Assembly (NCBI GenBank): GCA_016201015.1 | Contig: JACQDQ010000167.1 | Coordinates: 1-41,535 of the forward strand | Origin: Pseudomonadota bacterium | GTDB taxonomy: Bacteria > Pseudomonadota > Alphaproteobacteria > CACIAM-22H2 | Direction: 5' to 3' | DNA length: 41,535 nucleotides | Part shown: positions 8,851 through 18,886 of the stretch, one piece after another | Position numbering within the stretch: position 1 is the stretch's first letter | Layout of the letters: each line of letters begins with the position of its first letter | The notes under the pieces: generated by a model | The model's database searches: none | What the model was told of the DNA's origin: nothing | Seen by the model: only the letters and a program-made list of their open reading frames with translations | Position numbers and translations under genes: made by a program

Positions 8851-9912
8851 TCAACTCCGCCGCCCGGCGCTCATCGCGCGCTCGATGCGAGCGCTGTAGC
8901 GCGACAGGCTGAAGCAGATCACGAAGAACACCGCGCCGGCGAAGAAATACGCGGTGGCCCGCACTTGGTCGCCGATCAGCCATTCCGGATCGACGATCCC
9001 GCCCTGCAGCACGCCGAGGAAGTCGAACAACCCGACGATCAGAATGATCGTCGTTTCCTTCACGACCGACACGCAGACATTGACGATGCCCGGCAGCGAC
9101 GCCGTGATCGCCTGCGGGATCACGATGCGCACGGCGATCTGCCACCGCCGCAGACCAAGCGCGATGCCGGCTTCGCTTTGCTGCCATGGCACCGACTGCA
9201 GGCCGCCGCGGAACACTTCCGCGAAATTCGTTGCGTTGAACAGCGTGAAGGCGACGAGCGCGCGCACCAGCTCGTTGATCTCGATTCCGGGCGGCATGAA
9301 CAGCGGGAACATGACGATCGCCAGGAACAGGATGCCGACCAGCGGTAACCCGCGCACGATGTCGATATAGCAGGCCGACACCGCCGCCACCACGCGCAGC
9401 GCCGAGCGCCGCCCAAAGGCGAGCAACAAGCCAAGTGGGATCGAGGTGCCGATCGTCCACGCTGCGACGGTGACGGTAAGCATCAGGCCGCCCCATTGCG
9501 CGGCCGGCACCGCTGGCAGGCCAAGCACGCCGCCGCGCAGCAAAATTCCGGCGACCGGCGGATAAGCGAAGAGTAGCCCGGCGGCGATCGCGGTCTTGCG
9601 GCGGATTCCGGGCAGCAGCAGCACGACGAGGCCGACCACGCCGATCAAAGCCGCAATGTTCACCCGCCAATGCTCGACCGGCGGATAGCGGCCGTAGAGA
9701 ATCTGGTTGGCGCGCATGCGGATGAACAACCAGCAGGCGGCGTCGCGAGCGGCGCAATCGCGGCCGGAGCTGCCGCTCCACACCGCATCCAGCAATGCCC
9801 ATCGGAACAGCTCCGGCAGTGTTGTCGCCAGCCAGACCAAAACGACGATGCTGAGCAGCGCATTGAGCGGCGTCGATACGCAACTGCGCAGGAAGTCGCG
9901 CATGCCCGCCAT
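8851..9912 (-). CDS. aapM: General L-amino acid ABC transporter permease
   Basis: 'GRDC...AACW', 'YGRYP..EHWR', 'QWGGLMLT', 'AEVFRGGLQSVP..QSEA'; follows aapJQ. Confidence 0.88.
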   Translation of the reverse strand: MAGMRDFLRSCVSTPLNALLSIVVLVWLATTLPELFRWALLDAVWSGSSGRDCAARDAACWLFIRMRANQILYGRYPPVEHWRVNIAALIGVVGLVVLLLPGIRRKTAIAAGLLFAYPPVAGILLRGGVLGLPAVPAAQWGGLMLTVTVAAWTIGTSIPLGLLLAFGRRSALRVVAAVSACYIDIVRGLPLVGILFLAIVMFPLFMPPGIEINELVRALVAFTLFNATNFAEVFRGGLQSVPWQQSEAGIALGLRRWQIAVRIVIPQAITASLPGIVNVCVSVVKETTIILIVGLFDFLGVLQGGIVDPEWLIGDQVRATAYFFAGAVFFVICFSLSRYSARIERAMSAGRRS

Positions 9913-9915
9913 GCG

Positions 9916-11127
9916 TCAGCGCTCGACCAACTGGACGCGGCGGTTGAACGCGTTTGCGGCCACCGCAATGCCAAGGCACAGCATCAGATAGGTGGCCATC
10001 GTTATGCCCATGATCTCAAGCGGTTGGCCGGTCTGGTTGAGCGCGGTGCCGGCGAAGATGAGCATGAGATCGGGATAGGCGATCGCCGCGCCCAAGGACG
10101 AGTTCTTGAGCAGGTGGATATATTGCCCGGCCAGCGGCGGCACAATGGCGCGTAGCGCCTGCGGCACGACGATTTGGAGATAGACGCGCCATCTGCGTAG
10201 ACCGAGCGCCAGCCCGGCCTCACTTTGGCCCTTGTCGACCGAGAGCACGCCGGCGCGCACCAGTTCGGCGATGAATGCTGCGCCATAGATGGTCAGGCCG
10301 ACGATCATCGCGACGAATTCCGGGATGATCGCCGCGCCGCCACGGAAATTGAAGCCGCTCAGCGTCGGTATGTCCCAGGATACAGGCGCGCCGGCCCATG
10401 ACCAGGCAAAGACCGGCAAGCCGAAAGCCAGCGCTGGTCCGATCCAGCGCGGCGACCACGCTTCGCCGGTGTCGACGCGATGCCGCCGCGCAAAGTGCCC
10501 CAGCATGATCCAGCCGGCGATGCCGGCGGCCACGGCCACGGTGAACGGAGCGAGCCCGGGCTCGGCGACCGGTGCGGCAACATACAGCCCGCGCTTGTTT
10601 AAGTACGCCACGCCGAGAAATTCGAGGCTTTGGCGCGGCAGCGGCAGCGTGCCGAGCACGGCGAAGTACCAGTAGAAGAGCTGCAGAAGCAGCGGGATAT
10701 TGCGCACCAGCTCGACATAGGCCGCCGCCACTGCAGCGACCAGCCGGTTGGTCGACAGCCGCGCGAGGCCGATGACGAAGCCCAACGCGGTCGCCAACGC
10801 GGCGCAAATTGCGGCGAGCACGACGGTGTTCAGCGTGGCTGCCACAAAGGCGACCAGATAGCTCGAGCGCTCCGAGTATTCGATCAGATGCTGCGCGATA
10901 TCGAATCCAGCAGGCCGCGCCAGAAAGCCGAAGCCGGTATGGACGTTCAGTCGAGCGATATTGGCCACGACGTTGCTGGCGATGAAACCGAACAAAGCGG
11001 CAAGCGCCAACAGTAGGCTGCCCTGAACCAGCAGCGCACGCGGTCCCATGCGTGCAAACGCCAAGCGCCTGGGCGGTGGCCGCTTCAGACCGGCGGCCGG
11101 GACTTGCACGACGGCATCGGTCATCAT
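9916..11127 (-). CDS. aapQ: General L-amino acid ABC transporter permease
   Basis: 'GFGFL..PAGFDI', 'YVELVRNIPLLLQL', 'GFNFRGG..IIPEF', 'LKNSSL..AIAYPDL...GTALNQTGQ'. Confidence 0.9.
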   Translation of the reverse strand: MMTDAVVQVPAAGLKRPPPRRLAFARMGPRALLVQGSLLLALAALFGFIASNVVANIARLNVHTGFGFLARPAGFDIAQHLIEYSERSSYLVAFVAATLNTVVLAAICAALATALGFVIGLARLSTNRLVAAVAAAYVELVRNIPLLLQLFYWYFAVLGTLPLPRQSLEFLGVAYLNKRGLYVAAPVAEPGLAPFTVAVAAGIAGWIMLGHFARRHRVDTGEAWSPRWIGPALAFGLPVFAWSWAGAPVSWDIPTLSGFNFRGGAAIIPEFVAMIVGLTIYGAAFIAELVRAGVLSVDKGQSEAGLALGLRRWRVYLQIVVPQALRAIVPPLAGQYIHLLKNSSLGAAIAYPDLMLIFAGTALNQTGQPLEIMGITMATYLMLCLGIAVAANAFNRRVQLVER

Positions 11128-11155
11128 CGGCCGCCCGTCACCGCGCCCGACGACC

Positions 11156-12175
11156 CTAGCGGATCGGCGGCGCGATCATCAGGCCGCCGTCGCGCCACAG
11201 CGCGTTCAAACCCAGGCCCAGCCGCAGCGGCGACTTGTCGCCGATGTTACGATCGAAGATCTCGCCGTAATTGCCGATCGCCTTGATCACGTTGTAGGCC
11301 CAGTCGGCCGACAGGCCGAGCTTCTGTCCCAAATTGTCGCCGACGCCGAGCAGCCGCTTCACTTCCGGATTGGTCGAGCCCTTGCGCAGCTCATCGACAT
11401 TCGCCGATGTAACCCCCAACTCCTCGGCCGCGATCGTCGCGTAGTAGGTCCAGCGCACGATATGAGACCACTGGTCGTCGCCCTGGCGCACGACCGGCCC
11501 GATCGGCTCCTTCGAAATCGTCTCGGGCAAAATGACATGATCCCCGGGGGTCTTCAGCGCCACGCTGCGCGAGGCGAGCGAGCCGCGATCGTTCGACCAG
11601 GCGTCGCATCGCCCCTCGTCATAGGCGAGACGGGTCGCGTCAGTGCCGTTGAAGGCAACGATCTTGTATTGCATGGCATGGGCGTTGAAATAGTCGGCGA
11701 CATTGAGTTCCGTCGTCGTGCCCTGGGCGACACAGATCGCCGCGCCCTTCAGTTCGTTCACGCTTTTGACGCCGAGCGACTTGCGCACCATGAAGCCCTG
11801 CCCGTCATAGAAGATGGCCATGGGAAACTCGACGCCGGAGCCGTTGTCGCGGTTGTAGGTCCAGGTGAAGCGGTGCGTCAGCACGTCGACGGTGCCGGCG
11901 GTCAACATGGTGAAGGCATCGCGCGGCTCGGCGACGCGGGTCTCGATCTTGCTTGCATCGCCGAACACGGCCGCCGCCAGCGCATGGCAAAAATCGATGT
12001 CGAAGCCGCGGAACTTTCCCTGATTGTCGGGAAACGCGAAGCCTGGATTGTTGGGTGCGGTGCCGCAGCGCACCACGTTGCGGGCCTTGACGTCGTCGAG
12101 CGTCGCGGCCTCAGCGGCCGACCACACCGCGGCCGCCGCCATCGCACCGAAGAAAACAATATTCCTGACAACCAT
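11156..12175 (-). CDS. aapJ: General L-amino acid ABC transporter substrate-binding protein
   Basis: ATG at 12175 after an AGGAG-type RBS; signal peptide ending 'AEA'; 'TLDDVKAR', 'FYDGQGFMV', 'GTTTELNVADYF', 'ISKEPIGP', 'GNYGEIFDRN'. Confidence 0.92.
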   Translation of the reverse strand: MVVRNIVFFGAMAAAAVWSAAEAATLDDVKARNVVRCGTAPNNPGFAFPDNQGKFRGFDIDFCHALAAAVFGDASKIETRVAEPRDAFTMLTAGTVDVLTHRFTWTYNRDNGSGVEFPMAIFYDGQGFMVRKSLGVKSVNELKGAAICVAQGTTTELNVADYFNAHAMQYKIVAFNGTDATRLAYDEGRCDAWSNDRGSLASRSVALKTPGDHVILPETISKEPIGPVVRQGDDQWSHIVRWTYYATIAAEELGVTSANVDELRKGSTNPEVKRLLGVGDNLGQKLGLSADWAYNVIKAIGNYGEIFDRNIGDKSPLRLGLGLNALWRDGGLMIAPPIR

Positions 12176-12216
12176 TTTCGCTCCTCTCCTATTTCTTTCA
12201 ATAAGAGCTGCCGTGG

Positions 12217-13842
12217 TCAGCCGCGCACCTTCGGCAACTGGATAAACGGCCACGGGCTCGGCATCACGCCGCAGGGAACTTCGATCAAAATCGGCTCATT
12301 GGCACTGAAGGCCGACTCCAGCGCGCGCCGCAGCGCATCCGGCTTTTCCGCGCGCACGCCCTTGATGCCAAAACTTTCGGCAAGCCGGACGAAGTTGGGA
12401 TTCAGCAGGTCGCTGGCGATAACCCGATTGCCGTAATTCTCCTCCTGCATGCGGCGGACATTGCCGTAGGCGCTGTCGTTGAAGACGACCACCGCCAGCG
12501 GAATGCGATGGCGCACGCAGGTCGCCAGCTCCTGTACGTTGAACATGAAGCCGCCGTCGCCGGAGATCGAGACCACGGGCACGTCGGGTCGCGCGTCCTT
12601 GGCGCCGAGCGCGGTCGGAAAGCCCGAGCCGAGCGTGCCTTGGTAGCTCGACGACAGAAAGGCGCGCGGTCGATAAACCGGGAAGGCGATGCGCGAGGTG
12701 TAGCCAACCTGGGTCAACTCATCGACGAAGATGCCGTTCTCCGGCAGCACATCGCGGATCGCCCGCAGATAGGCAAGCTGCGGCTCGAGGACCGCCATCT
12801 CGCGCGCCACCTGCGCCTTGACCGCCGCGATCTCATCCTTGCGCGAAACAGCTTCAGGATGGCTGGCAAGTGCCGCCTCCAACCGCCGCAGCACCGCAGG
12901 CGCATCGCCGATCAGGGCCAGCGCCGGAGCGCGGAAGCGGGCGGGCTCGGTGGGATCGATGTCGATCCGGATCACTTTCAGCCGGTCGTCCACGCCCCAC
13001 AGCGCCAGCGGCGTCTGCAGACGCGTACCGATCGCCAGCACCACATCGCAGTACCTCCACAAGCGGTGCCCGGCCGGATAGTTCAGGCCGAGCGGGTGCC
13101 GATCATCGAGCACGCCGCGCCCCATGCGATAGCTCACCACCGGCGCCTGCAATCGTTCGGCAAGCCGCCGCACGGCATCCGCCGCCTCCAAGGCGCCGCC
13201 GCCGACGAAGATCAGCGGCCGCTTGGCGTTGGCCAACAGCGTGACCGCCTGCTCGAGAGCCGCCTCGTCGAGGGGCGGCTCCGGCTTGGGGCCGAGCGGC
13301 GCGGCGGGCGCGAACACGCCTTTCGTCTCCAGGATGTCGGGCGGGATTTCAATGCCGACGGGCCGCTGCCGGCCCGCGAGCATCTCCCGGAAGGCGAGTG
13401 CCACCTTGCTCGCGCCCTCGCCCGGCGTCGCGACGCGGTCCGCCCATTTGGTCAATGACTTCAGGATGCCGAGCTGGTCGGGGATTTCGTGCAGCAGGCC
13501 CAGGCCGCGGCCGATCGCCTTGCTCGCGATCTGGCCGGTCAGACAGAACACCGGCGCATTGGCGCCGTAGGCGGTCGACAGCGCCGCCGTGGTGTTCAGA
13601 AAGCCCGGTCCCGGAACGACCGAATAGAGCGACGGCCGTCCGGTCGCCATGGCCGCGCCCAAGGCCATGTACGCGGCACCCTGCTCATGGCGCGTGTGTA
13701 CTACGCGGACCGCCTCGCCCAGATCGAACAGCGCGTTGAAGAACCAGTCGTTCTGAACCCCGGGCAAGCCGTAGATCGTATTCACGCCATGGGCGACGAT
13801 GGTTCGCGCGACGGCCTCGGCGCAGGTCATTGTGGTGGTCAC
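12217..13842 (-). CDS. Thiamine diphosphate-dependent enzyme (acetolactate synthase / 2-oxo-acid decarboxylase family)
   Basis: 'YGLPGVQND', 'TRHEQGAAYMA', ThDP motif 'GDGGFMFN...VVFND'. Start is approximate (GTG 13848/13842 or ATG 13830), not 14058. Confidence 0.9.
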   Translation of the reverse strand: MTTTMTCAEAVARTIVAHGVNTIYGLPGVQNDWFFNALFDLGEAVRVVHTRHEQGAAYMALGAAMATGRPSLYSVVPGPGFLNTTAALSTAYGANAPVFCLTGQIASKAIGRGLGLLHEIPDQLGILKSLTKWADRVATPGEGASKVALAFREMLAGRQRPVGIEIPPDILETKGVFAPAAPLGPKPEPPLDEAALEQAVTLLANAKRPLIFVGGGALEAADAVRRLAERLQAPVVSYRMGRGVLDDRHPLGLNYPAGHRLWRYCDVVLAIGTRLQTPLALWGVDDRLKVIRIDIDPTEPARFRAPALALIGDAPAVLRRLEAALASHPEAVSRKDEIAAVKAQVAREMAVLEPQLAYLRAIRDVLPENGIFVDELTQVGYTSRIAFPVYRPRAFLSSSYQGTLGSGFPTALGAKDARPDVPVVSISGDGGFMFNVQELATCVRHRIPLAVVVFNDSAYGNVRRMQEENYGNRVIASDLLNPNFVRLAESFGIKGVRAEKPDALRRALESAFSANEPILIEVPCGVMPSPWPFIQLPKVRG

Positions 13843-13855
13843 GGTCACTCCAATT

Positions 13856-15118
13856 TCAGGTGAGTAGATTGCGAAGGTCCAACGCCAGGCAGTCCTGTTC
13901 GCTCCGGCCGGGACAGGCTCGCTGGAACCGGTTCCGAATGAATTCCCGAGACAGCGGCTTGCCGGGATCGCCGTCGATCTCCAAGGCGGTCTCGGCAACG
14001 CGGTCTCCGCCGGCCAGCGCGATGGTAACCCGGGACGGCCAGCGCATGGGATATTCACGGTCGAGATCCGCGCCGGCCCGCACTTTGACCTTCGCGGCGA
14101 ACGCGATCAGCTCAGGCGAGGGGGCGGTGCCGCGGGCGACGTCGTCGAGCATATCGGGGCAAAGGATGGCTGCCGCGATCTGCATCCCTTGGCTGCTGAT
14201 CAGCGACAGCCGGTTGGCCGGATCGGCAGGCCGATTCAGCATGCCGAGATAGGCCCCAGGCACTTCGACCTCGATGGCAGCGATCTGCTCTGGCCGCAAC
14301 GCATGTCGATCGACCAGCGCGCGGAATGCGACCACGCCGTTCGCCGCCTGCCGCGACGTGCAAAACGGCTTGGCGGAGATCGCCAGTGCCGCCATCGGAT
14401 CGATCGGCGCGGCGAGTCGCTCGGCGGCGGAGTCGGGCAGCAAGCCGGCGTCAAGAGACGGGTCGGTGATCAGCCCCGCAGCCGCGGCGAACGCAGCCTT
14501 GAGTCCATCGGCGACCGCTTCCCCCACCAGATACCAGCGGCCGGGCAGCGGCGGCACCGTCTGGCCGACACGACTGACCGAACGCAGCAACGCCAAGCGC
14601 AACGCATGCGCCGTCCGCTCGGCGGGCAGCCGCAGCAGTGCCGCCGTGGTAGCTGCCGCGCCGAGCGGTGCAGCTGCCAGGGTCGGCCAGATTCCGCGCG
14701 CCAGCGCCGCAGCGCCGCCGAGCAGTCGGCCGTAGCGGAACAGCACGTCGTAGCCGACCGTAACCGCCCGCGCCGCCGCCGCGGGTGCGGTGCCATGCGC
14801 GGCGGCCAGCGCCAACGCCGGCGGCAGGATCGCGGCGCTTGGCGTGATGCAGGTTTCCAGATGGATGTCGTCGATCTCGGTCAGGCGGATCGTCCCGGCC
14901 GCCGCCGAAACCGCCGCCGGATCGATCCCCCCAGAGCTGCGATCGCCGAGCCGCCACGCTCCGATGCTATGGACCCGCGCCAGCGCGCGCCCCTCCTCGG
15001 TTGCGGCGCCGCTGAACAGAGCCGCGACGGTGTCGAGCACGCGCAGGCCGAGCGCGTCGAGCGGCAGGCTCGACGGAGCAAATGCGGCGATGCGCTCGGC
15101 AAGCACCTCAAGCGCCAT
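13856..15118 (-). CDS. MmgE/PrpD family protein
   Basis: 'IRLTEIDDIH', 'ITPSAAILP', 'KPFCTSRQ', 'YPMRWPSRVTI...GDPGKPLS'; ATG at 15118 overlaps the upstream stop. Confidence 0.85.
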   Translation of the reverse strand: MALEVLAERIAAFAPSSLPLDALGLRVLDTVAALFSGAATEEGRALARVHSIGAWRLGDRSSGGIDPAAVSAAAGTIRLTEIDDIHLETCITPSAAILPPALALAAAHGTAPAAAARAVTVGYDVLFRYGRLLGGAAALARGIWPTLAAAPLGAAATTAALLRLPAERTAHALRLALLRSVSRVGQTVPPLPGRWYLVGEAVADGLKAAFAAAAGLITDPSLDAGLLPDSAAERLAAPIDPMAALAISAKPFCTSRQAANGVVAFRALVDRHALRPEQIAAIEVEVPGAYLGMLNRPADPANRLSLISSQGMQIAAAILCPDMLDDVARGTAPSPELIAFAAKVKVRAGADLDREYPMRWPSRVTIALAGGDRVAETALEIDGDPGKPLSREFIRNRFQRACPGRSEQDCLALDLRNLLT

Positions 15119-16063
15119 CGTCGAACGCCGGCTGCACCAGCAGCGCCGCCGCCGCGCCGTCCATGCCGACCAGCGCTGGCGCGCCGAGCAGCACCGGCAG
15201 GCCATCGATCTCGACGGCGGCTTGAACCGAAACGAGCGCGCCGGGCGCCGGCGGCGCGGGTTCAGTCACCGTCGAACCCATCAGAGGGTCCAGCGGTTGG
15301 GCGACCCGGCAGCCCTCGACCAGCCACGATGCCAGGCCGGAGAATCCGGCCTCGCCCGGCAGTCCGGCGACCGCAGCGGCGAAGCGGTCGGTTGCCCGAG
15401 CGGCCGCCGATGCCCCGTCGCGACCTATCGTGCGCACCATGCGCACCCATATCCCCTTGTAGGCGACCGTGGCACGCAGCGCGAACGCGCGGCCCGTCGC
15501 TGTTGTCCCCTCCATGCGCACGAGTCGCCGGCTGCGCTCGAGGTCCGGCGCGGCCGCCACATAGACTTCCTCGGCGCCAAGAAGGCGCGCCTCGGCTTCA
15601 ACCGCCGCGATGGCCGCGGCCACGTTCAAATGCCGCGGCGATACTTCCGACAACGCGCGGTGCGCGATAGTCGCCGCCTTCGTCGCCAAAGCAATCTCGG
15701 CCGGATCGGCGCGCGCGCGCAGTTGCTCGACGACAGCGCTGCCGTTGCCGCTTCGCTGCCGACGCGTGGCGCACAGGTGACGCCGGCGGCGTGCGACGTG
15801 CGCTCGAGCCAGTCCTGAACCCGTTTCGACAGCGCGACGACCAGTTGCGGCCCGCCGGCGCGCAACAGCACCAGCAGTCCCTCCGACCAATACGGCACGA
15901 AGCCGGTGAACCACGACACGCCGGCCGGGCGCGTGTTGTTGGTGTAGAGGACCAGAGCGTCCAGGTTGGCCGCGGCCATTGCCGCCCGGGCGCGCTCGAC
16001 GCGCCGGTCGAACACCGCTTCCGGCAGTTCGGCCCTCGACCAGGCGATCAGACCGCGGCGCAT
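15108..16063 (-). pseudogene. Creatinase/aminopeptidase-P-like (M24-fold) protein, frameshifted near 15745-15755
   Basis: N-terminal creatinase-type domain 'RRVERARAAMAAANLDALVLY...SWFTGF' lies in the frame of ORF 15626..16063. The C-terminal part 'EQLRARADPAEIALATKAA' (equivalent to R..K.P.EI) lies in a different frame (ORF 15108..15914). Confidence 0.72.
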
Positions 16064-16079
16064 GCTTGCTCTCCTGCCG

Positions 16080-17177
16080 TCATGCCGGGACCTCGAACAA
16101 CTCGCGCGGCGTGCGGGTCAGCACATCGGCGCCGGTCGCGGTGACCACGACCGCATCGCCCAGCACCATGTAGCCGACCTCCGGATGATAGGTGTTCGGG
16201 TGCACGACGATGACCATGCCCGCCTCGAGCACGACGTCGACGTCCTCGAGGATGTGCGGCTTGCTGTCGACGAACATCCCCAGCCCGTGGCCGCGCACGC
16301 GGGTATATTTGTTGGTCACGTAGTCGCCGAGGCCGTATCTGCGAAATACGTCGTTCTCGGCGCGCGCCACATCGGCCGCCGTGACGCCCGGCCGCACCGC
16401 TGCAATGCCGACCTCCATCGCCTCGAGATAAACCCCAAAAGCCCGCTTCTGCGCGTCATTCGCCCGCCCGACGACCAGCGTCCGGCAGATTTGCGCGTAA
16501 TAGCCGTCGACCGCCGGTGTGAGCTCGGTGGTGACCAGGTCACCGGGCGCCAGCCGGCGCGGAGAGGGCGGTGCCATGCCGCGGACATCGACGCCGCCGG
16601 AGCCCATGATCATGAAATTGTCCGGGCAGCCCTTGGCGCGAAAGAACGCCTCGACGTCGGCGACCAGCTCATATTGCCGCCGCCCGGTCACCGCTGCGGC
16701 GCGGAACACGCCGTAACCGTCATCGGCGAGCTGGGCGGCGCGCCTGATGTCCGCAATCTCGCCCGGCAGCTTGTGCAGCAGCAGCTTGTCAACCAGCGCC
16801 GTGCCATCCTCGAGGGCGAAGCTGCGCCCGGCTTCGGTCAGCCAATGCGGCATGAAGCGGCGTGGCGCGGCGGCCAGCCGATGATTGGCCATGCGATCGA
16901 GATCGCCGCCGACCGCGCTCGCGACATCGCGGGCCAGACGAATGTCGAGGCCGGCGGTCTCGCCCTCCGCCCGTTCCACCTCGACCACGCTATCGAGAAA
17001 GAGCCGGCACGCGCCGTCCGCGGTCACCACGGCGAGCCCGTGGCCCTCCAGAATTCCGAAATCGGAGACATAGCGCAGATAGTCGCCTTGCCACGCATTG
17101 CCGTAGACCACCATGGCCTCGAGGCCCGCCTCGACCATCGCACCGACCAGGCGGCGGCGCCGTTCTTCAGCCAGCAT
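16080..17177 (-). CDS. M24-fold (Xaa-Pro peptidase/creatinase-like) hydrolase with non-canonical metal ligands
   Basis: 'KLPGEIADIRRAA', 'GYYAQICRT', 'RGHGLG', 'VVHPNTY', 'VLGDAVVVT'. Confidence 0.88.
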   Translation of the reverse strand: MLAEERRRRLVGAMVEAGLEAMVVYGNAWQGDYLRYVSDFGILEGHGLAVVTADGACRLFLDSVVEVERAEGETAGLDIRLARDVASAVGGDLDRMANHRLAAAPRRFMPHWLTEAGRSFALEDGTALVDKLLLHKLPGEIADIRRAAQLADDGYGVFRAAAVTGRRQYELVADVEAFFRAKGCPDNFMIMGSGGVDVRGMAPPSPRRLAPGDLVTTELTPAVDGYYAQICRTLVVGRANDAQKRAFGVYLEAMEVGIAAVRPGVTAADVARAENDVFRRYGLGDYVTNKYTRVRGHGLGMFVDSKPHILEDVDVVLEAGMVIVVHPNTYHPEVGYMVLGDAVVVTATGADVLTRTPRELFEVPA

Positions 17178-17185
17178 GACGTCGC

Positions 17186-18877
17186 CTACTCTGCGGCATT
17201 GTCGCGCGCCGGCTCGTAGCCATAGTCCCGGCGCGCGGCCTCCACGGTGACGTAGCCGTGGACGATGTCGTCCGCGATGGCGGTGCCGTCGCGAATGCGG
17301 GGCTCGCCCCAGCCACCGCCGCCGGCGGTGAGGAACGTCACCCGGTCGCCCGCATCGAGCTGGATACCGGTGCCCTTGAACACGACCTGCTCCGTGCCGT
17401 CGCGGCGCTGGACGATCGCCTTGTTGATCGCCGCCGGCCGGCCGCCATGCAGCCCCCAGGGCGGGTCCAGCGTGCGCTCGAAATTGATGTTGACGCTCGT
17501 CTTTTGCAGCGCGCGATAGGTGATCTCGACGCCAAACCCGCCGCGATAGCGGCCGGCGCCGCCACTATCGGGGCGCAGTGCGTGGCGCTCGATCACGAAC
17601 GGATACTGGATTTCCTGCAGCTCGACCGGCGCGTTGCGCACATCGCCTTGGCAGATCGAAACCGAGGCATCCTCGCCGTCCTCGTGCGGACGCCCGCCCC
17701 AGCCGCCGCCGACGATGTTCATCAGCAGGAATCGCTTGCCGTCTTCCTGGCGGAAGCCGGAAAAGGAGTATCCGCCAATCTCACCCTTGTGGCCGGCGGG
17801 AATGCGGTCGGCCAGAGCCGGCGCCAGTGCCTTGAGGATGGTATCGATCACCGTCGGCAGAGGCACACTCCACTGGCCGAGCGCCGCCGGCGGCCTGGCA
17901 TTGAGCAGTTTGCCCTCGGGCAGGATCATGTCCAGCGGCCGGAAGCAGCCTTCGTTGACCGGCGCGTCGGGTTGGGTCAGGCATTTGAAGGCGATGCGTG
18001 CCGCCGCCATCCCGCCGGAATAACCGGAGTTCAGCGGACCCGGCACCTGCTCGTGCATCTCCGAGAAGTCGATGGTCATCTTCGATCCGTCGACGATGAC
18101 TTTGACCTTGATGCGCAGCTTGACGTCCAGATTGCGCCCATCATTGTCGAGGAAGCTTTCGGCCTCGTAGACGCCGTCGGGAATCTTCTCGACGAAGGCG
18201 CGGGCCTCGCGTTCGGCGTTGTCCCAGATGCTGTGGATGCAGGATTGCACCGTCTCGATGCCGTAGCGCCGGACCAGCTCGCCATAGCGGCGCACGCCGA
18301 GTTGGCACGACGCGACTTGCGCCCGCAGATCGCCCAGGCAGGACTCGGGGAAACGCACATTATCCTCGATGATCTGCCACAGCGTCTCGTTGCGCTTGCC
18401 CGCCTCATAGATCTTGAGCGAGCGGAATTGCAAACCCTCGTGGAAGATTTCCGTGGTCGCGGTCGAACCGAAGCCGACCCGCATGCCGCCGACATCAACC
18501 CAATGCGCGCGATTGGCGGCGAAGACCACCACCTTGCCTTCGTGAAAGCAGGGCGCATAGATGACTATGTTGTTCAGATGCTGGCCGCAGATATGACCGT
18601 GGTTCATGATCACCACGTCACCCGGCTTGAAGCCGTTGAGGCCGATGCGCTCGATGCCGTCCTTCACCGCGATGCCGAGATCGGCGAGGAAGATCGGCAG
18701 CCCGCCCTTGTTCTGCGAGATCATGCGCGACTCGGTATCGATCAGACCGCAGCAGAAATCGCGCACCTCGTAGATCATCATATTGTAGGCCGACTTGCAC
18801 AACGCGGTCGCCATCTCGTTGGCATAGGCATTGACGGCGTTGCGAACGACTTCGATGGTGATCGGGTGGGCGCGCAT
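17186..18877 (-). CDS. Hydantoinase B / 5-oxoprolinase family subunit
   Basis: 'EVRDFCCGL', 'GQHLNN', 'RAHWVDVGG', 'EIFHEGL', 'DSGGAGRYRGG', 'TAGGGGWG'. Confidence 0.93.
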   Translation of the reverse strand: MRAHPITIEVVRNAVNAYANEMATALCKSAYNMMIYEVRDFCCGLIDTESRMISQNKGGLPIFLADLGIAVKDGIERIGLNGFKPGDVVIMNHGHICGQHLNNIVIYAPCFHEGKVVVFAANRAHWVDVGGMRVGFGSTATTEIFHEGLQFRSLKIYEAGKRNETLWQIIEDNVRFPESCLGDLRAQVASCQLGVRRYGELVRRYGIETVQSCIHSIWDNAEREARAFVEKIPDGVYEAESFLDNDGRNLDVKLRIKVKVIVDGSKMTIDFSEMHEQVPGPLNSGYSGGMAAARIAFKCLTQPDAPVNEGCFRPLDMILPEGKLLNARPPAALGQWSVPLPTVIDTILKALAPALADRIPAGHKGEIGGYSFSGFRQEDGKRFLLMNIVGGGWGGRPHEDGEDASVSICQGDVRNAPVELQEIQYPFVIERHALRPDSGGAGRYRGGFGVEITYRALQKTSVNINFERTLDPPWGLHGGRPAAINKAIVQRRDGTEQVVFKGTGIQLDAGDRVTFLTAGGGGWGEPRIRDGTAIADDIVHGYVTVEAARRDYGYEPARDNAAE

Positions 18878-18886
18878 GGAATTCCT

